A stretch of 64,000 bases of DNA from Phoronis australis (lineage: Eukaryota > Animalia > Phoronida), in assembly GCA_002633005.1 (NCBI GenBank), contig NMRA01000120.1, forward strand, positions 559,940 to 623,939, given 5' to 3'. The notes beneath the pieces were generated by a model that saw nothing but the letters and a program-made list of their open reading frames with translations, did not search any database and had not been told where the DNA came from. Below are positions 36,466 through 50,880 of this stretch, piece by piece. The position numbers and the translations under genes are program-made. The stretch's first letter is position 1, and the number at the start of each line of letters is the position of its first letter.

Positions 36466-38109
36466 GTTACCGCTGTGTTGAGCAGATCTGTGAATGAAAA
36501 TTGTACAGTGTGAGAAATCGACAGCGTGAAGACAAAATGAGTGTGTAATTACAACACACAAATCTCGAATTATGCGATTAATTCCGTATCAATTCCTGCC
36601 GAGGAATTAAAAGCTGGTTAGAAATGAACCCTGGGTCTGTCAGTTTGAGCATAAAGCCGCCGGGAAAAGTCGGTGCTCTCTCCCACTTGACAGCTTATAA
36701 TGATAAACCAAGGTAGTGACAACCTGTTGTGGTTCACGCCTATCAATATATGGTCGGAATCACGTGCGGACGATCGCAGGTACGAGAGCCTCGACTTGAA
36801 CGCAAATTGAATCCAGAATGGAGTTCAATAACGCTAGCACCTTGCTAGAAAAGCAAGATCTCGCGAGTTTCAGTTAGATATCGCTGTGTATTATCAAAGA
36901 CAGCACGCGGATTTTGGTTATTTTTCTCGCCACAAAACAGCTACTGAACTCTACCTGCGACTTAGGCAAGTCAAGTTCGTACTGGTTGGACGCGGCAGTT
37001 CTTGCGCTAGCGAATCTCGTTAATTCCCATCAAGAATTCCGGGAACATCCGTACCTGACAGGAGCAGTGCGTCAACCAAGTTTGAACCCGGAAGGCGATT
37101 GGCCTACTAATACATGTATGCGACTGAACTCGCTTGTGCTTTCCATTAGGTGGTAATTACATCTGAACGAATAGTTAAACGTGAACGACCGGAGTCAACA
37201 TTGAAAAACTCACCCCACTTAAATTGCGTGACGACATGTAAACAGGCCCAGAGTACTGTCGAAATGCGTAACTAACGAAAATAAAATAAAATAAAACAAA
37301 ACTCGCGTGAGCATTCAATCGAATCGGGGCAAAACCAAACCACGAGCGGACAAGACTCGTTTCTTAGTAAAAACATTTAAGTAGCCACAGAAATTCGGAA
37401 ACGTTTTACAGTTATCAGGGGGAGGTATAGGGTCCGCGTTCACATAAGTTTGCCACTGCGACATTCCAGTGTCGCTTTCATTTTTAATAATTACCCGTAC
37501 CACCGCTATAATAACCGTAAAATATCCCAGTGCCTAACCCAAGTTAGCACGAAACGCCCAGTAACGCTAAATGCATTACGTAAAAATGTCCAGTTCACAT
37601 GAGCATGCAAAATACTGTGCACTTTAATGACGGAATATCCAATAAGTATTGAATTGTTTCATGCCTGAACACATGGAATTTCGGTGATAATTTTGAATTC
37701 ATATTAAGTACAAGTAAGCAAATTTTGGAGCCGAAATTAGTGTTTAACAACCACAGCCTATACTGTATTGTCAAAATTATGGAAATAATGCGTATCCGAT
37801 TAAATGCCCAGACATGGCCAGCCGCAGTCATGCAGCGGGCGTAATCTGGTCAACGTTGTAGGGACCTTGGCGGTATCCGAAAGCCACTTGAAGTCGGCGG
37901 ATAAGCATGACCGCACTTGGGCAACCAAAAGAATGCACGGATCCCCACGTGTCGAGTAGATATGTATACATGGTTCTGTGAACCATATGGCCTGGTAACG
38001 AAATGTTTCTTTTCATCAATACTTTGCAGATGGTGCATTGTCAATGGCAAAATTCCAACACAGCACTAGTTCGAAGGATTAGAAAGTATACTGCTAATGT
38101 ATAAACAAA

Positions 38110-38465
38110 CTAGAAACAAACACTCGGACGAGTGACCAAGTGCGAAATCGTATCCGTACCCATGAGTGAACAATGCGTCCCAGAGTTCGTTTTCGAGCGT
38201 AGGATAAATTTGAGCTCTGCGCGCAAACGCGGACAGTTGACAGAATACATCAACGGGGCTTCAGTTTCGTAATCTCGCAAATTTCTCTCTCATAAGCTTT
38301 CGTCACTGGCTATTTCAGCTTCCTCAGGAATGCACTAAGTGACAGTTGCTGTATTCCGAAAGGTTTTGCACGCGCTCGAACAGGATGCAGGACTTATGGG
38401 AAACAGAAACTCGGATTCTACGATCAGTGGTGCTCTCGGATAAATGACGCGCACAGTGATAAAAG
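38110..38465 (-). mobile_element. Helitron/Helentron-like non-autonomous element (3' end at 38110)
   Basis: Minus strand: hairpin CACTCG-TC-CGAGTG, 7 nt, then CTAG|T. The 5' boundary is uncertain. Confidence 0.4.
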
Positions 38466-41188
38466 TTGATTACATAAATGGAAACAGACGATTGTCATAT
38501 AAAATGCACAATTTGTCACTGGATGTATCATTCTTGTGTTCCGTCCTCATTTTATCATATTTTGTAGCATTAGATAAACTTCGCATTAAATAAACTGACA
38601 AAAGAAGTGCTGGAAAACAGCATGTAAAATACTTAACCACAAGGGCTTTGCTCAAACATGCGCAAGGTCTTATATAAGCACGCAGAATCAGAGTGTCATA
38701 CTGCACCAGACAAAACTGCACTACAGTACAAATGCCAGCGATACAAAAAGGAAACTTAGCATGAAAATGTCAACCTGTCATCGAAAGGAAATACGCAAAG
38801 TCAGTACACATCGCAGCGCAAATGAAAAGAGATGACTAGTTATTCGAGTACCATAATTAAAAAAACGTAAATGTAGACAATATCTGGCAATCCTGCATTT
38901 TAGCCTCCTGGATTATCCGAAAGTGATGAGAATCAGTTAATACATTGAGTAACTATAGTTATTCAGTGGGTATAACTGGTTTTCAAAGGTTTCCTGATAA
39001 TTTTGACGACTAAAATGCAATGTTGCCAAACATTCAATAAGACGAAAACTATACCGTAACGAGTATGAGTGACAGTTTAAAACAAATATAAATATATTAT
39101 TATATAACGTTTTATTTCATAATTGTCAGTTTCACTGTTTACCACTGGCATTGCGATTAAAATGGTAATGTTCTCACGTCTATTTTTCCCCATAAATGTT
39201 GATCAAACAACGAAACCCAGCATTTAATGCAGTTTCGCCTACCACACATTCGCAAAATAACGTGTTTGATTGTGTGTGACATGCAACTCTCCGGGGACGG
39301 GGGCGAATTACGAATTGGTGTATTACAAAAACATTTTATTCACTTCTTTTCCCTTAGTAACAATGTCAAAATGCACGTTCTGTGCGTTTTCGGTGCACTC
39401 AGATATTGCTCCATATAATCCCACTGATTTTCTAGCGTTCCAACTCCCGTGTTAAAGTTTCTGAATTGTTGCAAAAATTACCCCGAGGTAGAGCTCAACG
39501 ATATCATTACAAACGTTAGCCAGGACATAGCACCTGGCAACTCGGCAGTTCCATCAGAGTAAATCAAATTGCAAATCTTTCTTGACTGAATAACGAGTTA
39601 TATCACAATTATTGGCCTGTCGAAGGTATCCGTTGTGTTAACGAAGCCTAATTTTTACGCGAAATTTTAACTCATGTAGGCAAGTATCACCCGACTGAAT
39701 AGGTACGTACATTTCAAACATCTTGCTGAAACGAGTAAGTGCATTTTACTTGAACTGGAGAAAACGGGTCTTGTTGCGTCGAGTGGATCGCTAATACACT
39801 AGACTCTCGATTTGCACTGTCCTTTGGAAAATATCTTACGGACATGTAGATCGATATATCAACCGCTGTAAATAAAGAGAGCGACCCAAGTCCCGCGGGC
39901 TATCTAAATTTGCAGAACTGGTGCATTAATGCTCTCTGATGCTTGCTAATACGCATCTGTACAGCGCACTAAATACACGGACAATCCCCGTTTTCAAAAC
40001 AATAGGATGACGATAAGCTAGTTGTTGTCGTTGTTTGTTTGTTTAGCAGATCTTCATCCCGACCCCCTGCGCATGTGTAAACAGAGAATCACGTACGCTT
40101 GCGCGTTGGCGATCAACTCATTAGAAGGATTCCTAGAAAACGAGCATGCAAAAGGTTTTGTGGACCATAAACCAGCCTGATCTTCAAAAGTACGAGGGAA
40201 TCACTCAAAACATGAATACAACGCAAAATTTACGGAAAGTTCAAATCGATTTTAATGTGCGTTTGTACCTCGACCATTTGACGCTGCAAAAACTGTACGG
40301 GATTAGCATAATCCAGGATTTCTAATCATACCAGGACTAAACCACGGAAATCTCACGATCTGATTTAGCTCGCGTGCCCGGGTACGTAGCGACCCAGTTG
40401 TGCCCGTACAGCAAACCTTCACGTAACGAAGGGTCAATCTCAGGTTAAATCTGCAATTAATTCCCCAACAATGCTCAGTCGTAGTTGTACAAGCGACCAT
40501 CACTTAAAAGTCGCCGTGCTCGATAACCCTTCAATGACGAATAGTTCTCGAGAGAGGCCCACGAATTGATGCTCTCGTATGGTCTTATGGAAATCACAAC
40601 GCTTAGGATATGGAAGCTTGTCTTTGTCATCCAGTGTGCATTTGGTTTTACAGACAGTCAGCAGTTAAACGATGTTGATAATCAACCAAGCGTAGACAAA
40701 TAAATGGCAACACAACAATGAATACCAACACCTGGTTTGACTTAAAAATACCAGAGCTGAGGTGACTTAACCGAGTCATTAAGGTTAAGTGTAATGGCTG
40801 GATGTAATACCGCATGTTCTGCCTGCTGAAACTGATAGTAACAGTCGACAACAGCACTTGATCATTAATAAAAAGTTCGCCCACAAGCTTTAATTTCAAA
40901 AGAAGACGAGGAACAAAGAAATCGATGCCACATACATATTTTCTAATCTTGCGAGTAACCGTACTAACAGTTGCATGATCAGAAAGAAACCCCCATCATA
41001 TTACGAAAAAATGTTTTCGCGAAGTTTTCCAACAAAAGTTTCCTTTAACCAAGATACCTCTTTCGCATCATAATCTTGAATCAAAACTTCCAATACCTTA
41101 TGAAAATAGAAAACATTAATGTGAAATATTTTCATTTGTTCTTGGTTTTGTCAAAATTTCAAGTTAAATGTTAAACCGGCAAGCTTAC

Positions 41189-41445
41189 CTAAAATCTTAA
41201 GTCCAAGTTGGGTACCTCGGCGACTTCTTTATCAATGCTTGCCTCGCTACAACTCAATTACTATTGATAGGCCCGCGTTATCAATGAAGCCTATATACAA
41301 CGAATGCGTAACATAGTCACGTGGGTGCGAATCGGCATTCAGCGCTTTCTATTCTCGCCAATGAAATACTTTGAGCCAATCAGATCACAGAAGTCCACCA
41401 AAAGGGGGTGGGGACTAAATCGAGAAAGTCTATAAGGGCGGACAT
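41189..41445 (-). promoter_or_regulatory. P450 main promoter and non-coding first exon (~41265 to 41189)
   Basis: TATATAG 41291-41297 (minus), Inr-like TCAAT ~41265, donor TAG|gtaagc; E-box CACGTG 41318, CCAAT at 41358 and 41376, GGGGTGGGG and GGGCGG boxes. The 36487 acceptor requires an upstream exon. Confidence 0.65.
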
Positions 41446-44400
41446 TGCTTTCGTAATAGATTACTCAGTGTACGGGACACGGAAGCTACAGTCGTTTGGT
41501 GCGATTGATGCGAAATCAGTCAAGTGAACGAGAGGCAGCTATGTAACTATGAAAACTGTCATGAGTCAAACAAACCAGTCATTTCGTACTAAACCTTCGC
41601 CTACAAGCAGTCACACACCTTGTTAGCGCGTGACATAAATAAATGAAAAATTGTCTCGCCACAAATACCAAAACAATCCAGCCAACTGAACAAACGGTCG
41701 AAATTAAGTTTAATGCGAGACATGCGTGTTTAGTATCCGATAACTGTGATAAACTTGACAACGGAGGAGTGATTATGTAGTTCGACAGACTTGTGAAAAA
41801 TAAACGCCTTCGGGTAATTAAGCAAAAGTTATCTCGTTGCGACAGATAAACATGGGGAAATAACAGTTTCTCATTAGAGACAAGTGAACTATGCGTAAAA
41901 TATTCTTTGAAATTCCTATTTCATTTTGCATGTCCTACAACGAAGGCGGGTGCATCACACTTAAAGTCACACTGAAGACTCAGGTTTGAAATCCTTGAAT
42001 TTGTTTAGCGACAGGTGCACGTGCGACTTCACATTTGATTTCACGCTGTCCTGCAAACCTTTCCAGAAGGTGTCGAAGAGAACTAGTTGTAAAGCCACTG
42101 CCTGAAAACATGTTCAGCGAGATCGATTGACATTTGTTATCTTATTGGGGCTTGTTAAATCATTAAAACTCGCTCTGAGATATGTAGAATTCCAACAAGT
42201 ATATAATGCAACTGCCATAAAATTGTGGAACCCAATCAAAATTGCTACTACTCAAAGCCCTGCAAATATCACAAGGTATCTCAATTTCATACTTTCACCT
42301 CACATTAAACATGCTTTAATTGGTCGAGCTCCCTGACCTTGTTGGTGTACATTTATAAAGTGTAAGGACGATGATGTGCGACGTGCGCGAAAAAATGAAT
42401 ATGACGGTAAAACATAGGCAACATGAAAGGTAGTAATTTGTTACCACTTTTTGTTCAGATTGTGGAGGTGGCCAGGGTGTAAACAATTATATTTTGATGG
42501 GGGGTGAAGCTGAAAAATTGGGATACCCTCCCATTTCAAAAATGAACAAGAAGGATACCCATTTGAAGAGATCTTCAACGAAAAATTCATCATTTCGCAG
42601 AGTCTTGTTCCAAAGTAACCTCCCTTTTTGTAGATGTTACTTACAGAAATTTAAACTTATCGCAGAGTTCTTGAACGGCCGTCTTTTAACCAATTACGCC
42701 TGATCGACCAGTATAAGAGCCGAGTTGACATGCTATCGAAACAAGCATTTTTCGCAACGCAACTTTTCAGCAACTGATAACACTGAGAAACGTACAGCAA
42801 TTTTTCTAAATTTGGAAGTGAACTGTAGAGATTCGAAATTCAAAAGTAAGTCCCTTTGGGCAGCGAATTAAATCAGATAAGACGCCCTTCCTAAAGGAAT
42901 TTTGTCATATAAAATGCATCCTATCCTAAGAAAACTGGTCGTGAAAAGTCAGCTAAGCAACATGCCCGGTATAGAGTACCAGTTAAATGTCCCCCACAGG
43001 CAAAAGGAGGTCTGCCAGAACCCTGTTGACAAAATAGTGACCCACCAACTTTCGCACGCCCGCGATATCGAGCATAAGGATAGTCGAAGATATTGGAAAG
43101 ATAAGGCAGAGATTCAGTACACACGTACGATAAATCGTTTACGAAACAGTCCGGAGTTCAGGCGATCTAAGGAAAAGGCACACTCTTCTGATGACGAGAG
43201 ATGACACATACTTATGAATATACAGTGATATACGTCATTGCTTAATTATTTTCATTGCACAGATGCACATAATACATCGGTCATAACGTTTTATAAGGTT
43301 TTCTGCACTACAATGTTTTTTGCTGTGTTGGGTACTGGGTAGGATAGTATATCGAAATGAAAATTTCGAGCACACGAACCCTTGTTGAAAATGAATATCT
43401 CGGTCAATAGATGAACATTTTGTTATCGATTAAATGATCTCATGTCGTTTATATTTCGTTGATTGGCTGCGGGATGAATACATTTTTACTTTCATTGATG
43501 CTAGCACAGTATTTGTAAGAATTTGTGAGACTTCATCAACAAGAATAACCACCAATCACCGCAAATGTTGAAATGATACAGCTCGTCCATGAAATGACCA
43601 ATTTGGAAATTTATCGCTTCACCAAAGGAATAAACACCCTCAACAGCTCATTTGTCAGAAATTGTTTAAAATAGCTACAGACAACGGCAGAGAGCGGTGT
43701 GACGATTGACATTTCAGAGGCAACCGAGCGGAGTTCTGAAAACGCCAGGATATATCAGCAACGTATCACGTTAAACCCCTCTTGCTACCAAGCACGTTAT
43801 AATTAATGATTATAACCTTGGATTGTTGATACCCAAAGTCCCGATGAATGAAGTGCTATTGCGTCCAATTCTTTATCGGTTATCACTAAATTATCGTCCA
43901 TAGATGAAGTGTTGGTTGCCGGTTAGACTTAGTGCAGTTTTGATAAACCAGCTATTTCGAGCCCAGCCAAAGGATTACTAGTTTAAAACGTCAACAAAAC
44001 CCCCGGACTGAGACATGTTAATATATGTATCGTCAAACGCTTGAGTTGAGGGGCTGGGAACAAACATGTCGTCAGGTTGTCTTTGGGAAAACAAAATCTG
44101 AAATTCAGCTCAATTTATTACTGGCATATAGACCTACGTGGATCTTGACCGGGAGTGCAAGTTAGACAGGCAGTCAAATAAATCTGCACCAGTGTAGGGA
44201 CCAATGCATCTGGGCCACGAGTCGAGCATGGACCCATGTCTCCGGGCTGTGAATTGAGTACAGACCCATGGCTACTGGCCATGCATTGAGCCCAGAAACA
44301 TGGATTCGGGTCATGTAGCCCCCGGCATGAACCTGGGCCATGGCCAAAAATAATCTCATAGCACCTGGCTTGCACTAGAACGGATTCACCATGTGCCTTC

Positions 44401-44639
44401 AGTTGGAGTTCAGATTTTGCGGTTTTGAAGTTTTGCGGTAAACGTAGAATAGCTTTGGTTTCTTGTGACTACACAGGCTCTATCGCGACTGCAAAATTAT
44501 TGAACGACAATGCACAAGTATGTGTTCGCTGCAGAATAGCGATTGTTGTTGCTGGTAGATGTATCAAGGATATTGTTGACGGAAACGGAGGCGTTGTTGG
44601 TATTGGTGATGATAACCATAATGTCGATGACGATGGCCA

Positions 44640-45065
44640 CGATCATCACCAGCATTGCTAACACCATCGCCCTCGTCGTCGATGTGGGTACTAATCGTCA
44701 CCGTCATTGTCATTACCAAAATCACATTCATCATCATCATCATCATCATCATCATCGTCGTCGTCGTCGTCGTCGTTATCAACATCGTCGTCAACTTCAA
44801 CAACAACAGCATCATCGTTATTATCACCATCAACATCATCATCGTCGTCGTCATCAGCATCATCCCCATTATCATCATCGTCTTTAGCATCATCATCGTC
44901 ATCAGCATCATCATCAACATCGTCGTCGTCACCATCACCGTCATCAGCAACATAACCATCGTTAATCAACATCATCGTCATCATCATCAGTCTCCATCAT
45001 CGTCATCAGCTACATCATCACCGTCATAAACACTGTGATCATCATTATCATTATTATCATCGTCA
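44640..45065. repeat. (CAT/CGT/CAC)n trinucleotide microsatellite
   Basis: Explains the overlapping poly-H/S/I/D/M ORFs. Confidence 0.95.
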
Positions 45066-48000
45066 TTTTAAGTAGTAAGCGTTTATTTTCAATGTAAAGT
45101 GGACTACTAAGTTGACCTATTTTGTTGTGTATCAAGTATTTCATATTGCATTATGTGATAACGTGGTGATTTGATTCGAGTGCTGTCGATAAGTTCCACA
45201 TTCTGACCTATGCCAATCAAGCCTGTCTTGGCAAATGAATTTGAAACAAAATCAGCTTGGTGAGTGGAAGACAACTGAGGAGCGCCTGTGTGTATAAAGG
45301 TACCGTCGGCAATTCTTGCATAATGGCATCAGATGCTTCATTAGCAAAGACTGGCCACATACACTGAGTAATAACGAGTTAAATTGTTTACGAGCCGAAT
45401 GAAAAACAAAGCTGAGATATGGAGTCAGGTGCATCCTCGAGTTACGTAACCAGCAGCTGCGACAATGAGAACGAAACTTGCAATTCCGCTTTTCAATTAC
45501 TTTTCAGTAATAACTGAGGTTGATATATCGTGGAATCTAAAGCAAGATTATTCCATTATACTAGATATTTAAGAAATGGGACATTTTTAACTTGAAATGG
45601 CCGCTAAATGTCATGATAAAATCAAACTTGCAAGTGATCGCCTGGCGGCAACTCGTGTTGTGACGCTATTAAAGGAATGAATGCACGATATTAAAGCCGA
45701 TAAATGAGACCATTTTGCCAGTTTTCCGTCTGTTTTGATAATTCATAGCAGCAAATCTTTGCAGGTTTACCTCCATGATGAATGTGGTAAAACGTGAGTA
45801 CTGCATCTGTCGGTAGTGACGTCACGCTCTCCAGCAAAACAAGTAATAACCCAATTATGGTAGTTTGAGGAGACTTTCAACCTCAGGCCACGTGGGTGAA
45901 TATAACTTTCGGCGCGTTTCGGAAATCAGTCCCTTAATAATTGCCTAGCAACAGAAGCTCGGATATTCAATTTTTCTTAAAATCAGTTAAGCTAATCATC
46001 GAAACCGGAAGCTTGGATATTTTTTCTGAAATTCCAATTCCTAAAATATATTTCTCGTTGACACAAAGTCTTCGATGAAAAACGCACCCTTGACGTTTCT
46101 GAAGTAGTCGAGTTTAAAAATTCTACTAATCACCAATAATTCCGACTGTGTCTGTAACTGGAAACAAATTCCACGAGCCTTCTTTTTAGGGAGAATTAAC
46201 ATAATTTACGAGGTGCATCTTTAGCACAGCATAGAGTACGTGTTGACTACATGCTTTCTTGAAAGGGATTAGAGCTGAGGAAATATATGGTTCAAATTCC
46301 ATTACGAAAGTTGCAAGTCATGCCTCGGCAATGATGCATTTGTGTGAAGGTCAAAATATAACTCAATGCTGAATACGGGATGGCCGTCCTCTCGTTGGCA
46401 CAAACATTTTGACGAAGAATGAAATCTACGTGTGCTGGTTGTTATCATCTCTTGGAACACACAAGCCCCATCTAAATAGAAAACTTAGTAAGAATTCCAG
46501 TAGGACAGAAATAATCAACACATCAGTTTCGATCCAGTGTTATCCGGTCATTATTCTGTTATCAACTCGGTTAAGTCGACGTTTACGTTTGGATTCGTCG
46601 ATGTAGTTCTGTCGATAGCTGGAACACTTTGCTACCCGGTCAATCTTACCCTCGGGAATAGTATAGACGAAGCAGTATTGCTTCTCAGTACATACTGATG
46701 GTGGAGTACACAAAAATCGACCGCGAAACTAAGATTGAAGTTATATTGAGCGCGGCTTCGGCGGATCAGAAAAAAACAACTTCAAAGTAAAGTAGAATAA
46801 GAACGAAGTGGTTTGTTAGGGCACGAAATAATGCCATTCCTGTGAACTCAACTCCGAGCATGGTATAACCATAGAAAAGAAGACGGTGTAACTTGGCTAA
46901 TTTTTCACGACACGATTTTGTAAGGATAACAACATTAATTCAAAACATTCAACGCTCGTCTCTGTGTGATACGGAATGTCCCAAGGTAATAGTCACATTG
47001 CATACAAGAAATTTTATCATCCTGGAAAGCTAGGCGTGAAAACGAAACCCAGAGCCTGTCACTGAATACAAACGTGGGTTCATGATAGAATTCACACTGT
47101 GCTTCACTCATTCAGACTACCTCCAGTAATTTCGCAGCCTCAAATTCTCTATTGGAGGTGCATGTTTCTATGCGCATGTGCGAATTTCAGTCTCCGATTT
47201 AAAAAATCACATGAGTTGCCGTCACGGCTGAAGTCTGCAAATGCGCTTATGTCGTTCACCTCTACCGGGAAATTTGAAGCTATGAAAATACTAGGTGCGA
47301 TACCTTAGTTTGCCAACCATACGATATCAACCTGTAGCGTGACATGAGTTACGACGACTTTGGGTCGCATCAATAATTACAACGATGGATTATGTTTCGT
47401 GAAAAGTAAGTTCATTTAAGTACTTGAACATAAAACTATTTCCCGTGGAACAGCGTTGTGTTTTATTTTCTGGAAAACACATTAGAGAATTAAACCTCCG
47501 AGGGACGCGCTATTAAAAAGATTTTGACATCAATTTAATAATCAATTGAGTTCGCAGCGAACAAGACGGTAATGAGACTTATGACACAAAAGTGATTATA
47601 CCGTGTTAATGGGGCGATTCAATCCCAGAATTAGCATAAATGATGCATAACACAATCATCGAAAACTTGTCCTCCGTTACCTCTATAAAAACACCATTTT
47701 CGAGTGTAAAATGAGACTTGGGAACGAGTAATTAGAAGTTTATGTGTAAAACTCTTGGACCAATTGCATGGTTGAAGTTGTGCTAATACGTGGAAGTTAT
47801 GACACTAACAGAGAGTTATTATTTTTGCAGAAGCGCAATTCGTTTAATTTGTGCACACATCGTTATTAGCTACGCATACAGTTACTCTTGTTTGAGCCGA
47901 ACAATGAGCTACGACGGCTGGACAGACTGACTTTGTTAAAATCACTTGCTCAGTTTCTTATGCTCAGTTTCTAAATTACAATACCTTTAGTTACCGTGAA

Positions 48001-48442
48001 TACGCAACCCATGACGAATGTAATTGACCATCCCTAACTCGGAATGTCCACTCGAAGACACGTGCCAGCGGTCAAAGACCAAACGAAGTCGTGCCAATGT
48101 GTTTATTTCGGTTCCATCTTCAGACCTGACAGGCGTGAGTGATGGATTGACCAACGTAGAAACAGAAGTGATTAAATAAATAAATAAATGTATGGCAAGC
48201 ATGCTATCAACTGTATCAACATCAGCACACGTGTGCTTACTTAGGCCATTTATGCTAGTAGTTTTCACACAAAAATTAGCAACACTCGCGGCAAATGGTG
48301 GTGTCGCACATTGCTCATTGCTCACAAAAGAATTTCTCCAATTTTCGGAAATTCCTGGCAGTAACAAGTTCGTGATCTGATACAAATTATTCCATATTAA
48401 TTATGTCTTATAACTGAGTGAATTGTGAATGCGAAACATCAT

Positions 48443-48542
48443 CCCCCCTCCCTCCCTCCCATTCTCCCTCCCTCCCTCCCACTCTCCCTCCCTCCCACTC
48501 TCCCTCCCCTCTCTCCCTCCGCTCTCTCCCTCCCCTCTCTCC
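48443..48542. repeat. (CCCT/CT)n polypyrimidine simple repeat
   Basis: Direct inspection. Confidence 0.9.
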
Positions 48543-49914
48543 TGTTTATGATATTTCTTAAAGAATATTCATGAAAACGGAATGAAGGCCAATTACTTAT
48601 TATGCAAAACTAAAAAATCCAATAAACGACGAGTAGTTTCTGGAACTTCCATACGACCGCGGAACAGGTTTCTATTTTCAGGTTATCCAAGGTATTTTAA
48701 CCCAATGTAAATTCTGACATCATACCCAAAATGTTCATATTCAGACGTTATAAAGTTTTGTCCCAAAAGCGTCACCGCAAGCATTTTGTCCACCTAACAG
48801 CGCCCTTGCAGACACTACCTTAAAGAATTCAAATGTGCAGTCGATCACCTCTAAACTGTTTACTTGCAGTTCAATTTGCTCACCTATCAGCTATCTAGCT
48901 TAATCCAATCTAATCTAATTAACTTTGCAGTGCCAAACAGAGCTAACTCATACCGGATAGCCCAACACTGGCAATACAATCTTTAGTTTATCAACATCGT
49001 TTATGGCAGAGGTAAAATCATCTTGACACGCATTCAGTGCTCACCTAAACAAATGTTCAGAATGAGGCACCAAATTAGAAACGCTTGCTTGTACCCGTGA
49101 TTACAAGCATGATCGAAGAAACGCATATGCAAGAAGCTCGCAAAGAAAGCTACCACGTGATTTGTTTGTAGATACATGACAAAATCTCGTGAAGTCTTGC
49201 GTGATCTTGCGTTTTGCTAAGTTCTCGCATCTACAGAACGCACTAGCACTACTAGTCACCAAATTCTGGCACTCGTGAGTTTCCGTGTGTTTACGTACAG
49301 TAATACCATCGCTTGCCTTCACGATGTGTACAAAAATGTAGACACATAGTATTATCGAGTAAGAATATCAGTTTTTACCGTTTTATAATGGGAATATCTA
49401 ATCCAGATTCATCAGGTTACAATATATACCAAATATGTCAGCACGGTTCATAAATAATATATGGAAAGTTATAATAAGTGGTTTAAAAATGGCAAACTTC
49501 AAAATAAGGTAAAATAAAAATAACGTGGTTTATTAAACTAAAAAATAACACCATTACGACCATTATAACTTGTCTTGTGTCACGACTTAGTTTTTATGAA
49601 CATCGCGACACTTAATCAAACATTAGACACTTTACGTAAAACGTGTTGTACTAAGGTAAAAGTCTTATCACAAAAACATCCTTGAATACAACTGAAATGG
49701 AAATTTCCAGGGCACCATTTGCAAGTTTGCTTAGTGGTCAAATTGGAAACCACAACACAACGACATGCCGTAAAAAACTTACCATGCACAAAAATCCTTA
49801 CCACAGAACTTGAACTACCACCACACTAGGCAATCTTTTCAATGTAAGTGACCACAAAGCACATAGGAACTAGGTGGCCCAGTCTGAGGTGTGAGTTTAG
49901 ATTCCGTGGTAATG

Positions 49915-50880
49915 GTTTTTGCGCGCGTGGTAAGCCGGAGTGCGCACCCATGGTAAAGGTTGGTTTCAGTTCTCTGGTGCATGTGTGTACGAATTTATAT
50001 TCATTCATTTGCCCGTGCGCATCCCGCCCGTGCGCATCCCGCCCGTGCGCATCCCAAGACAAAAAAAAACGAAAAAGTTCAGATCCAATTTCAAGTGTCA
50101 AATTCGGAACACGGCGCAATCGTAACGGAACTATGGCTAAGTATAGGCTCTCCCGCGCTATCTCAGCCGACCGGCAGTGGCGCTGGGCACTACGACTCCG
50201 TTTCCGTCGTCTGCTCCACTGTGCAATGAAGAAAATTACTTCATTTTTTAAAGAAAATGGAACCTTTGTGATGATGAAAAAACAGAAGCTGCTGGTAAGA
50301 TGTCAATTTTAATCGAAGCCTTAGTGAATCACTCAGAAACTCATAATTCTCTCTTAGTCAAACCAAAACAATCGCGTCATTATTGCCAACACAAGAAACG
50401 GATTTGGTCTTTTGAGCAATTGAAGACTATTTTAAATACAACAAATTTGTTACAAACTGATTGCAAAAAATATAAAACATGTAATAAGCATTACAAAAAG
50501 AAGGTTTCGCACGCAAACGATGTGGACCATAAACAAGTAGGTCTCTTAATACCGACTTAAAGTTAAATCGTGGTGGCGCAGTGGTAAAGCACGCGTGCTC
50601 TGTCCGCCAGGTTGGGAGTTCGAGTCTGTTACACTTGCAGTTTTTTTCTGTTTGACACTTTCTCCGTTTTTTTTTGCCTGTTTTTCTTGGATAATATTTC
50701 GGAAATCAAGGAAAATGCGTTCAATGTTTTAGGCTCATTCATTTGAACAGGTATGCCAGGAATAATATTGGTCGTACATTTGTAGTACGTACAATACGTA
50801 AACTAGTGATGAGAGAAGCAGGCGATAGCAGATGGCGCTGCCTCCTGCACAGCTGTTGTTAAGCAACCGTAACCATGACA
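49915..50880 (+). mobile_element. Helentron-associated (HINE/DINE-1-like) element with internal tRNA-like cassette
   Basis: T-run plus hairpin, subterminal IR CATGGTAAAGGTTG / CAACCGTAACCATG, tandem 15-mer CCCGTGCGCATCCCG x3 (50011-50055); second copy at 13751-14316. Superfamily assignment is inferred. Confidence 0.6.

Noticed and set aside
42902-43204. 100-aa hydrophilic ORF as a gene
   Set aside because: No recognisable motif or other support; the length is compatible with chance.
44425-45029. Poly-His/Ser/Asp/Met ORFs
   Set aside because: Artefacts of a trinucleotide microsatellite open in several frames.
49848-50312. 154-aa ORF (CASRP repeats)
   Set aside because: Lies within a repeat element; the periodicity comes from the 15-bp tandem repeat.
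50565-50640. Genuine tRNA genes (also 2847-2920, 13751-13810, 31805-31875)
   Set aside because: A and B boxes are present, but acceptor, anticodon and T stems do not pair into a cloverleaf; all lie within repeats.
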